Assembly: GCA_951406725.2 (NCBI GenBank)
Contig: OX597833.1
Location: forward strand, 25,606,001-25,670,000
DNA from: Octopus vulgaris
Lineage: Eukaryota
Length of the DNA: 64,000 bases
Direction: 5' to 3'
In this document: positions 13,406 through 26,046 of the stretch, piece after piece
Numbering within the stretch: position 1 is the first letter of the stretch
Layout of the letters: every line of letters starts with the position of its first letter
The notes under the pieces: generated by a model
The model's input: the letters and a program-made list of their open reading frames with translations, nothing else
Databases searched by the model: none
Told to the model about the DNA's origin: nothing
Program-made: the position numbers and the translations under genes

Positions 13406-15674
13406 TACTATTTGTCACCGGTGTAGATAATTATTTCTTCTAAAAATGCCCTGATATTCTAAGCAACTTCACCCGTTGTAACTATAAACTTAAAAGATGT
13501 TATGGTATCGTCGAAATGTTTGCATTATCTTGATAGAAATCTGATGACATACTTTCATCTGCTAGGAATAGCCATTTTACTTATGAAGATGAAGATGGAG
13601 TTACATTCCAGAAAGAATCTGTAAATATTGTTAGCTACATTATAGTAAATAGGAAATGTATCGGCCATTCAATCTGTAATCGGTCTAAAATGAAGGAGAC
13701 GTAATCAATGCTATGATCTCAAAGACAAGTTATTTATTCGAAAAGACTTAGTTATCTTCCATGAAATAGAGTATGATCTATAAATTTGGTTAAATGATTC
13801 TTAGAAACTGAAAGCATTTGATCAAACTTCTCTTGGAGCATCGTTGACATAAGGTCAAATAACAAAAATAATAACATAGCCTAATAACAAGAAGCACTCG
13901 TTCGGATCAACGAACGTTCACTCTAGTTAATTCTTGTCGCGTTGTGTAATGGACCTTCGTTGATTTCGAAGATGAGTTTTTGGCCGTTCGATCGACGATG
14001 AACTAAGTTCTCATTCAATTAGAATATAAGTTGTCGAACTTTCCTCGCACACACACATGTATTCTTTGCTCAATTCTCATGCAGGATTTGGGGGATAAAA
14101 TGTGTGTGAAGGCTAGACATCTGAATTAAAGGTACAATACAACCGATGGGCTTCTTCTCTGTTTCAATTTACCCAAATCATTCTCGAGGCTTGCGTCAAC
14201 CCGTACTCTTATCAAAAGAGATATATCAATCCCTGAGAGTGGGATCGAACCTAGGACACGCAGTCACGAAAAAACCATTCAACCGTTTGCTCATATTTGT
14301 CTAAGACGGATAATGTTGATTTATATAATTATATGTTATATACTCTTTGGATTTCAGAGCGACCCTGAGGCTAAATTACAACATGCTCGTCAACAACAAT
14401 AACAAATGCAACTCCATCTTTATCAAAATTTATAAAATCAAGGAACACTTCCTTTCAAGAATATGAGGCAACTGCACATCCAACAAACAACAACAAAACC
14501 CAAATCAAAAGCCAATATTGAAAACCACCACCACTGTTATGCATACCATCCAGAACAACACTAATAAAAACCAGCACTAATACATACACACAAACACACA
14601 TACACACATGCGCGCGTGCACACGCACACACATCTGCGCATCCACACACACAGCCACTGATATAATTAACAATAACAAAACCACTTCATACAACAACAAC
14701 AACAACAACAAAAACAACATCAACAACAACAACAATGAACAGTCTTTCAGCAGCTAACGAAACTAGCAAAAGATAGATCAAATGACAAATTGGAGCAGGA
14801 ATCGATTAAATCTCAGAATTCTTGTAATTGGTAGAAGAAAAAAATATATAAAATATACTTTAAAAATAATCATTAAAAACATCAACAATACAGTAAAAAT
14901 TATACAAAAACAAGATAGTTTTCTTTACAATCCATCTCATCAGATTCTATAAATAGACGTATTTTCTGGAATTCGTCACATTTCTAAATGTACTGCAATT
15001 CTTAATTGACTTAATTTTTCTCAGCATCGTTATTATTGTTCTAGATGTAGTTTCTTCTTTATGTTCATCATCATCATCATCGTCATCATTGTTTTATCTT
15101 TGGTTAATGTGAGCGGGTGTATATTCCTCCAGTTAGGAAAGGTTTTTTTTATCACCATGTACAACTGAAGACAAATATATTTCTGTGAGGGATAATTTTT
15201 AAGGAGGAATCTTCTGAAACACGTTGGACACATACTCGATGCAAGGAGAGACATGAAGTCTAGTATGTATAGACATAATTAATTTTTTTCTTGGATCTGC
15301 TCAAATTTCAAGTGAAGAGTGCCTCTCATCAGAAAAGAAAAAAAACTCGCCTCATTACAACTGTGAACATGAACAACTACAAAAGAACAGAAAAAATATA
15401 GAACAAATTCAATTTCACAGCAACACTTGTGCATTCTACATGAAAAGAAAATGATATTTAAGCCATCAGTAACGTCAATGAGATTCAACACTTTGAACGA
15501 TGTTTTGAATACTTAACTACGAAAACAGCAGTGACAGGAACAACAGATAATCAGTATTTCCCAAATGAAGAATATATATCTTTTTTAATGAGTAAGTTTT
15601 GGTCGCCATAAACAAGTCTGCCACATAATACCTCCACTAGTTTAGTTAGCAATTGATATGTAAGCATATGTGAT

Positions 15675-15813
15675 ATGCCAGAGAAATTATCTAGATGGCA
15701 ACGATATGTAACCAAGGAAATGTTCTTACTGTTTGAAATCTTTATCCGAGAAAACAAAGAAGGAAGTGACGTAAATATGCATCTGTTAAATCTGGAGACT
15801 TTCCTCAAAGAAG
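15675..15813 (+). CDS. Coding exon 1 of a 3-exon, 351-aa uncharacterised coiled-coil protein (MPEKLSRWQRYVTKEMFLLFEIFIRENKEGSDVNMHLLNLETFLKE); not in the ORF track
   Basis: ATG at 15675 preceded by an in-frame TGA (15654-15656); open frame to donor AAG|GTAACC (GT 15814-15815). Phase 1 joins exon 2 in frame (G+AT=Asp). Non-repetitive, protein-like composition. Confidence 0.65.
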
Positions 15814-17549
15814 GTAACCCAGGTTATTAGTGGGGTAATATCATCTTTCGTCATTCCGAGTCGCGTTTATATGAAGCTGTGTTTTTCCAAAATTGAGGAC
15901 GCACTTAGACGGGATAAGCTGGTGCATAATACTACCACTAGTAGGATGGTACCACAAAATATGGTATTGATGTCTTGCGAGTGTCACGGTGAAAGGCATT
16001 GTCGATGGTGTTATCCATGGTTCGTTATTACCTTTGTGGACAGCATGAGCAGGTGGTGAGTGTCAAAGTAACTAGTAATAATGCTGTAAATGGGAGGGGT
16101 CTGCTAGCATGTGGCTAAGAGGACGAATCATATATGCTGACGGAGATAGAGATGAAGGATGAGTACCAAGCGCTCCTAGATGATATACAAGTAATAAATA
16201 TCATGCCAGGAGTATACTGACAGTTGTGCATTGCAGCTTAGGGCCTCCACGACTCAACAAATATAAAATCTACCCAGGATAGTAAGTAATTTGCAGGAAA
16301 TTAACACTTCATGAGAGGTGTGTGCTATGGCGATTTTAACTAGGTGGGGGAGGCATGGTATGTGTGGGAAGTGTGTCTGAGTCGCACCCACATTATCTAC
16401 ATGATCATAACTGAAGTACTGAAGCTTCAGTAACAATAACAACAACACAAATAAAAGACAGCTTTGGCAGTATTAGTGGCAGCTATAATAGCAATCAGAC
16501 AAGCAACGACAGCAGCAACAGCAACAGAAAGAATGACAACTACAACAGCAACAATGGCGGTTATAGCAACAGCAACAGCTTAATCAATAATGACCTCTAT
16601 AAAAACGTAAAGAACAACAATGCCAAGAAGCAAAAGCAGCAAGGCGGCAACACCAACACCAACATTGACAACAACACCAGCAATAGAAGCAAATGTAATA
16701 ACAACAACAACAAAAGCAATGACGACTAGAGCAACTACTTTTCTTTTTGTCTATCCAATTCTACCTAATTCTGAATTCTTTCAGAAAATTCTAAAAGTGG
16801 GAAAACAATTAAAAACATGTGAAATGAAGTGCTATTTTTATTCTAATCCTAAAATAAGCCTAAATGTTTTGAACACGTCACAATGCGACCTTATTAAAGG
16901 TTATAAAGCAAAGGTTGACTTTACAGCTACAGTTGACCTGTAGTTTGTTTTCTTAAAGGTTGAAGTCATTGTTAGAATATACAACCAGTTAATTTCGCCG
17001 CACATTATTATGTAAATTGCTATTTGAGATTTAAAAACAAAGCGTTATATAGAAAGAGTGGTGGGATATACATATATATATATATATGTAGTTGTTTGGT
17101 GGTGCTAGTAATTGCGTTAAGGGAATATACTGAATGTCGGCATGTTTGCCGTTTTGATGGTAGCTAAAAAGAGCGACGGTGTTGGTTAGAATCTCTCTGT
17201 CTCCATCATTCTCTCATTCACGCACAAGCACTCTCTCTCTCTCTCTCTTTCGTTTTTTTCTGTTTCTTTTTCTCGTTTTGTCATAAATTCATTTTATATG
17301 CTGAAAAGGTTCTTTGGCAAAGCACAGATTAAGGTACAGTACAAAATTTGGAAATCTCATTTAAAATACAAAAAATATGGCCCACTCACCTCTATCTGTA
17401 TCCTTACACGAGAACCTTTCCGGTTAAAACATTTACTAGATACCAAATCCTAACGCTCATACAATTAGATTGATATATAGATAGATACATAAATAGATAG
17501 ATAGATAAATAGATAGATAGAGAGAGAGAGAGGTAGATAAATAGATAAG

Positions 17550-17615
<66 letters not shown>

Positions 17616-18519
17616 CATACATACGTACATACATACATACATACATACATACATGCACACACAGACACATATGACTTCGGTCCAAATATAGTAAGAAAAT
17701 ATTGTTTTTAGGACGTTGCGTTTATATGATACTGTGTTCGAATGCATGCAAGTGTACACACGCACACATATAAAATGTTACACACACACACACGGATACA
17801 TATGTATGTATGCATGGTTAATGTAAGTGTGTGTGTGTGTGTGTGTGTGTAGTACCACATTTACAATCGTTTATACATATAATGTATATCAAATTATACA
17901 TATTACATCTATTGAATTATATGTTCTTTTCGAGAAAATATTACATACATCTCTCATAATCATCACCATCGTCGTCGTCATTATCATCACCATCATCATC
18001 CTCATCATCATCATCATTTTCATTATAGTGCATTTATACCAATTATTGGATATCTAATAATTACTAATGATTGCTGCCGCTTGCGCCTGCGGTTTATTAT
18101 CAGCATGTCCAATTGATTATGCTTTAAGATGGAACGTTATAACATGAAGATATGTGATAAATGTTTATCTCTGACGGATTCTACCGGCCTGAATACACTG
18201 TATTATTTTTAAATACGTATATACAGGCTACATCTAAAAGACCTTGGATGCGGGTACTATTATTTAGCTATATGACACTTAATATATCATGTCAAGACAG
18301 TATTCTTTATTTTATTTAAATATTCATTTTGTTTTAAGAATGAGGCTTAAGCATGCCCATCATCTGTACTTTAAATATTCATTTTGTTTTTAGGCAACAA
18401 GAATGAGGCTTAAGCATGCCCATCATCTGTACTACTTTTATCCTCTTATGTATATATATAATACACACACATGCACGCATATTTATATTTATATACAAAC
18501 ATATATGTGTATATACTTA

Positions 18520-18574
<55 letters not shown>

Positions 18575-18575
<1 letters not shown>

Positions 18576-18867
18576 TGAAGGCGCATGGCTCAGTGGTTAG
18601 AACGAATTAAATATGGGTTCTGAGCTCGAATCCCGGACCGGGCTGCGTGTTGTGTTCTTGAGCAAGGCACTTTATTTCATGTTGCTCCAGTTCACTCAGC
18701 TGTAGAAATGAGTTGCGACGTCACTGGTGCCAAGCTGTACATATGCGTATATATGTGTATATTTATTCAAATGTATGTATATATATAATACAACTTTGCC
18801 CGGACTTGTGTCTAGGAGGGTAACTTTCTAGGTGCAATCCCATGGTCATTCATGACCGAAGGGGGTC

Positions 18868-18870
<3 letters not shown>
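18575..18870 (+). mobile_element. tRNA-derived SINE (family B, CORE-like central domain) in intron 1
   Basis: A box TGGCTCAGTGG, B-box-like GCTCGAATCCC, central TTCTTGAGCAAGGCACTT. Homologous to 21447-21748 in the opposite orientation. Confidence 0.8.
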
Positions 18871-18911
<41 letters not shown>

Positions 18912-19560
18912 GTAATATATATATATATACAAGCATATATGTGTTATATACACTATATCTGATTCTACATATCTATCTATGTATATGTATGTATGTGTGT
19001 ATATATACATATATATATGTGCGTATATATACACATACATACACACGTATGTGTGTGTGTGCGCGTGTGTGTGTGTGTATTCGTATATTTACAACTTGAT
19101 TCATTTGTAAATATATTGAAAATTATAACGAGGTTTACGTTTCGGCTAATAAAGCGTGCATAAAGTTCGACAGTTATAGAATTGTTTCTCTTCTATCTTG
19201 TAGCCAAAAAAAAAAAAATTAAATGCTAACCCTTGACTAATAAACTGTCTTGGAGTTGATTACCACTCCATCGCTGTAATATCAATGTATTAAGTATCAA
19301 TTTAAATATATGGATCGATTTAAATGACTGTTACACTTTTTCACATTGTGCGACCATGTACTAACTTTGAAAGTCATATCATAGTTCCCTGATATTTTAT
19401 CTTCTTTTAGCTTTATAATTAATGTTCGGTGTTAAAAGTGAGTTCTGACTGAATTATTAAGTCAATAATAAAAATGTTTCCGATTTAAACATAAAAACAG
19501 TAGTTTTGTAGGGAGGCGACTAGCTGGTACTATTGATACCTGCATTTGACAGATAATTTA

Positions 19561-20110
19561 TTGGGTTAGACGGAAAGTTCGTGCTGATTTTTAAAGGAAA
19601 GAAAGAGGTCAATATATATTTGCCATTACATTTTTAATAAACCAAATATAAACCATTTTGTTGCACCATGTGTCTCTATTGTTCCTTTAACTTGAAAATA
19701 CATTCTTCCCAGAATTGAGGTGGTTTCATGGCAAAGAATTCATCAAGGTATCTTTTTACGTCATCCAAGGAATTGAAATTTTTACCATTGAGACTATTCT
19801 GCAGAGACCTGAATAAGTGGAAATCCAAATGAGCAATATCTGGTGAATATGGAGAGTGGGGTAAAACATCCCAGCCAAGCTGCAGCAATTTTTGTTAGGT
19901 TCCCAAAGCATCAAGTGCCGAAAATGAACTTTCTTATCTTCCATTTTAAAGGGTTACAAAATTAACACAGGTTATAGGAACATAAACCTTCCACGAAAAG
20001 ATAGCTTAAACTGAGCTCTAAATGGCGGTGTAGTCAAATCCTACTTTATGGACTCAACCATGTTCTAAAATAAGTCGAAAGGTAAGCTACGAACTTTCCG
20101 GACAACCCAA
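19561..20110 (-). mobile_element. Internally deleted (550 bp) non-autonomous mariner, mellifera-like, in intron 1
   Basis: 22-bp TIRs TTGGGTTAGACGGAAAGTTCGT / ACGAACTTTCCGGACAACCCAA (19/22 match) with TA on both sides. N-terminus MEDKKVHFRHLML is fused to C-terminus QKLLQLGWDVLPHSPYSPDIAHLDFHLFRSLQNSL. Confidence 0.92.
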
Positions 20111-20402
20111 TATATGATCGACCCCAGAAATAGGAAAGGCAAACTTAATATCGGTCCTATTTAAACACAGAATCTAAAGAGTAATTTTGCCGACGTTCTA
20201 ACGATTCAGCCAAAGGCGCACTCCAGTAATTTTGTAGGGCACAGTGTGTCGATTATATCGACCCATGCTGTTGAATGTTACTTCAGTTTATTAACTCCGA
20301 AATTATGTGAAGTGGATGATTATGATTATGATGGTGATGATGATGATTTATGTGTTCTCGTAATAAAAAAAAAACAATAATAATTTTGTTTTCAAATTTC
20401 AG

Positions 20403-20736
20403 ATTGTGCTGTTATGACACATTTTCCTAATGCGGATAATGCCCACAATGCCAGTGCTGAAGAATTGATCAAGGAAATCCAAGCTCTGAAAGATGACAGT
20501 AAAAAATGTCACCGAGAACTGGACAGGTGGAAATCGAACTGCCGGAAATACAAAGCCAGCTATTTGATTGTGGCTGACCACAACCGTGTACTTGTTCGTG
20601 AAAATTCCACACAAAAATGGGAGCTTGCATATTTACAACAACGGATACAACGTCAACAGGAACGATATGATGAATTAGAAAGGAACTATGATATACTTCA
20701 AGACAACTATAAAACATTATCCGGGTTGTTCAACAG
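20403..20736 (+). CDS. Coding exon 2 of the coiled-coil protein (DCAVMTHFPNADNAHNASAEELIKEIQALKDD...YDELERNYDILQDNYKTLSGLFN)
   Basis: Acceptor ttttgttttcaaatttcAG (20401-20402) and donor CAG|GTATAA (20737-20738). 334 nt, phase 1 to phase 2, overlapping ORF 20414..20761. Clear heptad pattern. Confidence 0.85.
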
Positions 20737-20990
20737 GTATAATATACTGATATGTTTTTGACATTATTTTATTTCTGATGTATTTGTGCATTCATATATT
20801 CTTACATACTTGTATTCATGTTTTCTCATTCACGTTCTATTCTCCCTCTTCCTCATTCACACAGTTCCTGCAATCGAAATCATAAATGTGTTCTCATTAT
20901 ACTAACTCAACTAAACCTCCAGTTCCGACAGCACCCCCTTTGTTCATATTTAAAAACTGTGCTCGTGAGCTAGCATTTATCGTCAACGAA

Positions 20991-20992
<2 letters not shown>

Positions 20993-21021
<29 letters not shown>

Positions 21022-21132
21022 CTTCTTCTTCTTCTTCTTCTTCTTCTTCTTCTTCTTCTTCTTCTTCTCCTCCTCCTCCTCCTCCTCCTTCTTCTTCTTC
21101 TTCTTCTCCTCCTCCTCCTCCTCCTCCTTCTT

Positions 21133-21225
<93 letters not shown>
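20993..21225. repeat. Compound (TTC)n(TCC)n(TTA)n microsatellite
   Basis: Read directly. Confidence 0.97.
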
Positions 21226-21227
<2 letters not shown>

Positions 21228-21446
21228 ACCTAAACTCTTCACGCAAGCATTTTTCTGAAGTTCTACATTCGTATTTTTCAATGGGGCAGGACATCCTCAT
21301 CCTATTCAACAGCATAAATACAGAATCACTATACATATGAAAATAATCCTCTTGCTGTTTATTCCCACTAATAATATATATTACAACAAACGCATATTTG
21401 CTCCACATTCTTGATCGATTGTTGTTTGATGATATAGTGAATTAAT

Positions 21447-21748
21447 TAAGAGTAAAGGCTAAAGATCCCCTTCGGTCGTGAATGACCATGAGATTGCACC
21501 TAGAAAGTTACCCTCCGAGGCACAGGTTCGGGCAAGGTTGTATATGGAAGACCAGCTGCCACCCATGAATACCAGTCTCCACTCTTCACGCCATCAAGGA
21601 AAAGGAAAAGGAAAAGGCCAAGACATCTTGGCACCAGTGACGTCGAACCTCATTTCTACAGCTGAGTTAATTGGAGTAACGTGAAAGTGTCTTACTCAAG
21701 AACAACACAAAGCCCCGACACTCTAACCACTGAGCCATGTGCCTTCAC
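21447..21748 (-). mobile_element. tRNA-derived SINE (family B) in intron 2 with 13-bp TSD
   Basis: Reverse complement of the 18575 SINE head, core and tail. Perfect TSD ATAGTGAATTAAT at 21434-21446 and 21749-21761. Confidence 0.85.
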
Positions 21749-22693
21749 ATAGTGAATTAATATGAGTATACCATTGCTAGAATTATATTAGAAAGACTAC
21801 ATTCCGTCTTTAGAACTGAGAAATACTCAAGTAATAAAAACTAAGCTCATCCTTAGTAACGTATTCTTGCCGCAACTAAATGCCGCAGAGCATTTTGCCT
21901 TTTCACCTGGCGCTCAGGTGATTCTAGCATTACCAATTAAAATGTTTATACTCATTGCAGGAAGCATTAGACTAGAACTGATTCCTTCATCATCTGTTAT
22001 ACTAGTCATTTTCAACCGTCCATTTCACCTCTTAGTACATAAAGTGAAGTGTCATTAATTTATGCAGAAACGAAGTTAAATGACAAATACATCGACGATG
22101 TGGTTCCTTACATAAGTACTGAAATATCCTACACAGATATTATAACAAGAGCCAAAGTCCTCAGAGATGCGAACACACCAGAAAACATTTTTATGAAAAC
22201 TATATAGGACTAAGCTTTTAAGCTTTTAATTACAACTGGAGGAACTGAAACGAAGAATAAACTGGGGAAAGCAGAAAAAAAACACCCAATAAATAATGTT
22301 ACCACGAAGAGAGGGAGATAGGTGGAATATTATAACGTTTAAAGCGTTGCCTGTTGGTATATGTTTTGGAACTGAACTTAATTAAGTTCATATCTCGCTT
22401 ACTACCATTGGCAAAACGGAGATAGGAATTCCTTAAACTTTTCTCGTATATTGCAACTGATCACACTTAATATGAGCGCTCAAACTAACACTAAGAGGGA
22501 GTGCAATACACGACAAACAATATATGTGTGAATGTGTGAGAGAAAGACAAAGTGAGAGAGAGAGAGAGAAAAAAAAAAGAAAGGGAAAGAGAGTGCGAGT
22601 GTGTATGTGTGCATGCATATATAACACACATGCACCCGCGCATATATATATATGTAACGATATAGCGTGTGGATACTAGTCATACAGCATAAC

Positions 22694-22920
22694 TTTATGG
22701 TTATAACGACCTACACGTGTCTCCAGTGCACAGAGTATGAGCAGTTGGATATGCAACCAGGCATAATTTTCTGTGCAACTTAATTCACGGTCTTTCAACT
22801 AGGGGCCAAGTTGGTTGAAAGACCCTGAGCGAAGCTACACAGAAACCCTATGTCCATTTTCACATGCAGCTGCTCATACTCTGTGCTGTGAGGGCACGCG
22901 TAGGTTGTCACAACCGTAAA
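22694..22920. repeat. ~227-bp imperfect foldback (MITE-like) in intron 2
   Basis: Arms 22694-22799 and 22814-22920, for example GCACAGAGTATGAGCAG / CTGCTCATACTCTGTGC and GGTCTTTCAAC / GTTGAAAGACC, around a 14-nt loop. Confidence 0.8.
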
Positions 22921-23984
22921 AATAGACTGTATGCCATTGTGCGTGTGTGTGTGCGTGTGTGCGTGTATGTGTGTGTATATGTATGTATGTATGTATATAT
23001 GTATGTATGTATGTATGTATGTACGTGTATACGTATGTATGAATTCTGCGGATTTTAACGGATTTCCTCATGTATATCCAGTAAAATTGTTTCCCCATCG
23101 AAAGACCACAGCTTTTGGCATTTAAGCGATATGCGTACATTAAATGGGTGCTATTGATAATGTGTTTATGCATATTTCTACTGCACACAAGGTGAACTTT
23201 AGTGTATACACACACTGAGGTTATCAACTGTTTTCTCCGATACATTTGAGCTTCTCTCCTCACTTAACAGTTTTAAAATTTTGGGAGGAGGTAAGCATTT
23301 ATAGTGAGAAGGGGTTTAGTCGATTATCTCGACACCAGTATTCAACTGGTACTTTATTTATTTAACTCCGAAAAGACAAGAGGTAAAGTTGACCTCGGAG
23401 AATTTAAACTTAGTAAAAAGCCTTCTGTTTCACTCCCTCCATCTTGCTTTCCCCCTTCCTCATCTTTTTCTTCTTCCAATCTCTCCCCTTCCCCCTCTCT
23501 TTCTCTTTAATGTACACGAGAAGGCATTTGCAGAGTTAACTCTACTGAAATCCTACATATTTATAGACATCAAGGTTAACAGCATTGCTGGTCGCTTCAT
23601 ATTTACAGGGTTACTGGTCCCCAACATTATTCCATAGATTAGCCTCGAATAATGTGTAGCAAATTAGCCCTTTAGCTCATTAAACTTTACAATCTCTCTC
23701 TTTTCTCTTTCTCTCTCTCTCTCTCTCTGGCTCTCTCTTTCTGTCTCGTTCCCTCTTTGTTTTTCTTCAGTTAGATATCATATTCTTATATATACGATGC
23801 AATATGTGTCATTCACAAGAAAGAAAATTATTCTGATCTTGCCAATCCTTGTTCCAGCGCATTCATCATCTCAAATGTGAGGGAGACATCATTAATAGCT
23901 ATTTTATCCAGTAGCTTTAATGTCTCCCCCTCTTTAATATCCGTCTGTACAGCTTTAGTAATGCCAGTCCTACTGGAGACCTAT

Positions 23985-24051
<67 letters not shown>

Positions 24052-24111
24052 GGAGATGTACTTGCATAGCAAATGACTTGATCTTGATCTGAGATCGTGT
24101 TCTGAAACAAA

Positions 24112-24266
24112 AAATAATTGCAGCATGGAGGGTGTTTATAAGCCATTTAAAAACACACAAAAACCGTTAGATTCACTTCAACATTTAAATTTAATTTGCC
24201 AAAATATTTTCATCGCTTTGAGGCCGCGACCTCTTCACTCACAAAATTCCGTGCTGCAATTGTTTA
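24112..24266. mobile_element. Short element with ~16-bp inverted termini inserted among (TA)n
   Basis: AATTGCAGCATGGA (~24116-24129) is complementary to TCCGTGCTGCAATT (~24248-24261). Family uncertain. Confidence 0.45.
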
Positions 24267-24432
24267 TATATATATATACTCATTTTAGGCATTTCATGTA
24301 TTTAATATACTTTATATATTGACTTGTCTAACTTGCTTATCCCTACATTTACTTCAATACCTGCTCAAATTTCAATCTCTTGAGCACTACACTTGTATTC
24401 TATACGTAGAATAACTGGATCTCATCTATGAA

Positions 24433-24494
<62 letters not shown>

Positions 24495-25463
24495 AAGTGT
24501 GTGTGTGTGTGTGTTTATGTAGTGTACATAGTATATATAATTATTAAGTGCATATATTTTATGTAGTTTATCTCTATAGTTTATTTAGCTGTTGTTACTT
24601 CGTTCTCTTAAATCGAACTGGCTTATTATCGAAGCAATTTCATTTGTGACCACTTTGTCTGTTTATAATTATATCTAAACTTTCACTATTTCATGTGCCC
24701 ACACTTTTAAAAGAAAAAAAAATTGTTTGACGAAATGTAGATTCTATTTGTTAGAGGAAGAATGATTACATATATAGTCTCACTTAATTTATATATAAAT
24801 TTCATGTGCTAGGTTTTTAATTTTCGCTATGCTGCCGGTAAAAATATCTATCTATCTTTCACATACGAACACGCACTCGCACGCGCGCGCGCGCGCACAC
24901 ACACACACTATCTATCTCTCTCTCTGTCTCTTTCTCTCTCTCTTTCATTGTATTTCTCTCTCAACAACAGCAACAGCAACAACAACAATAACCTGTCATT
25001 ATGATCAAATTCATTTCTTAAAGTATATGTAGTCTTGTCTCTATATTGAAAGACATACAGAAACAGACACACAGGCACACGCATACACGGACTAATATAC
25101 TCTCACACACACGCACATACATACACACACGACCAAAAATATAAGCATCTGTATTGTTATATAGTGAAAGCCTTTATTATTTGAAGCTGTGTTGCGTTGC
25201 GTTGTCTCTAACACATAATACATAAATTCTATTAAATGTATCTAAGCTTAATGCATAATATATTTAATACTTATACATCTTTTCATTATTGAAAAAACTG
25301 TTCCTTCAATTTATAGCTTAAGTTGCTTACTTTCACTTTTATTTATTTTAATTCCAATCCACAACAGGAGTCGATTTTGCATTTACTCACTGAAGCAGTG
25401 ATGAAATACGTACCAGTAATTTACTGTGTTATACTAATACATTTTCTTTTTGTTTACCCTCAG

Positions 25464-26046
25464 GTTACCTCCTCCGGATAAGAGATTAGAGGAAAAATAC
25501 GAAATGCTTCGGAATGATTACGAGAAGATTAACAATGATCGCATCAGTTTGATGGACAAAATAAACCAACTCACTGAGCAGCTAACATGTTATCTCTCCG
25601 ACACACCGTTCCAGACACAAGGGTCTACTGGTCGTGAACCAACAGATGGTGTCATTTGGGCTGATAATCACCAGAATATCATAGACGGATTAAGTGATAA
25701 AACACAGATGCCTCATATTAAAGAACGTTATAGTCAGAGCTTGAAAAAATGCAAGCCACAACCTTATGCTATCAGAGAAATCAGTGGTCAGTTTGGTCGC
25801 TTACCTCCTGGAAGTGACGGAGATGATGAAGATAGTTATTCTAACTTTCCTTGTTCTGACGTCACAGCAGATGGAGATTCTAGGACTGAAATGTTTCGAG
25901 CAACCTCTAGTAACAAAACCTCCGGACCAAAATCCACACGTCCTTTTGCCAGACATCGAAAAAACAAACATAAACTTCCTTCAGTACCGGCATGGCTGTC
26001 TCAGTTGAAAAACAATAAAGTACACCCCGGCGATGAAGACGATTGA
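25464..26046 (+). CDS. Terminal coding exon 3 of the coiled-coil protein (RLPPPDKRLEEKYEML...SQLKNNKVHPGDEDD*)
   Basis: Acceptor attttctttttgtttaccctcAG (25462-25463). Phase 2 matches exon 2 (AG+G=Arg). Longest non-repetitive ORF in the window (25450..26046), stop TGA 26044-26046. Confidence 0.85.

Noticed and set aside
18316-18433. ~57-bp tandem duplication (also a 26-bp duplication at ~828-885)
   Set aside because: Only two copies each with no spacer array; ordinary local duplications, not CRISPR-like.
18586-18640. tRNA-like A/B boxes (also at ~45600 and ~43440-43490)
   Set aside because: These are SINE heads without a complete cloverleaf, not tRNA genes.
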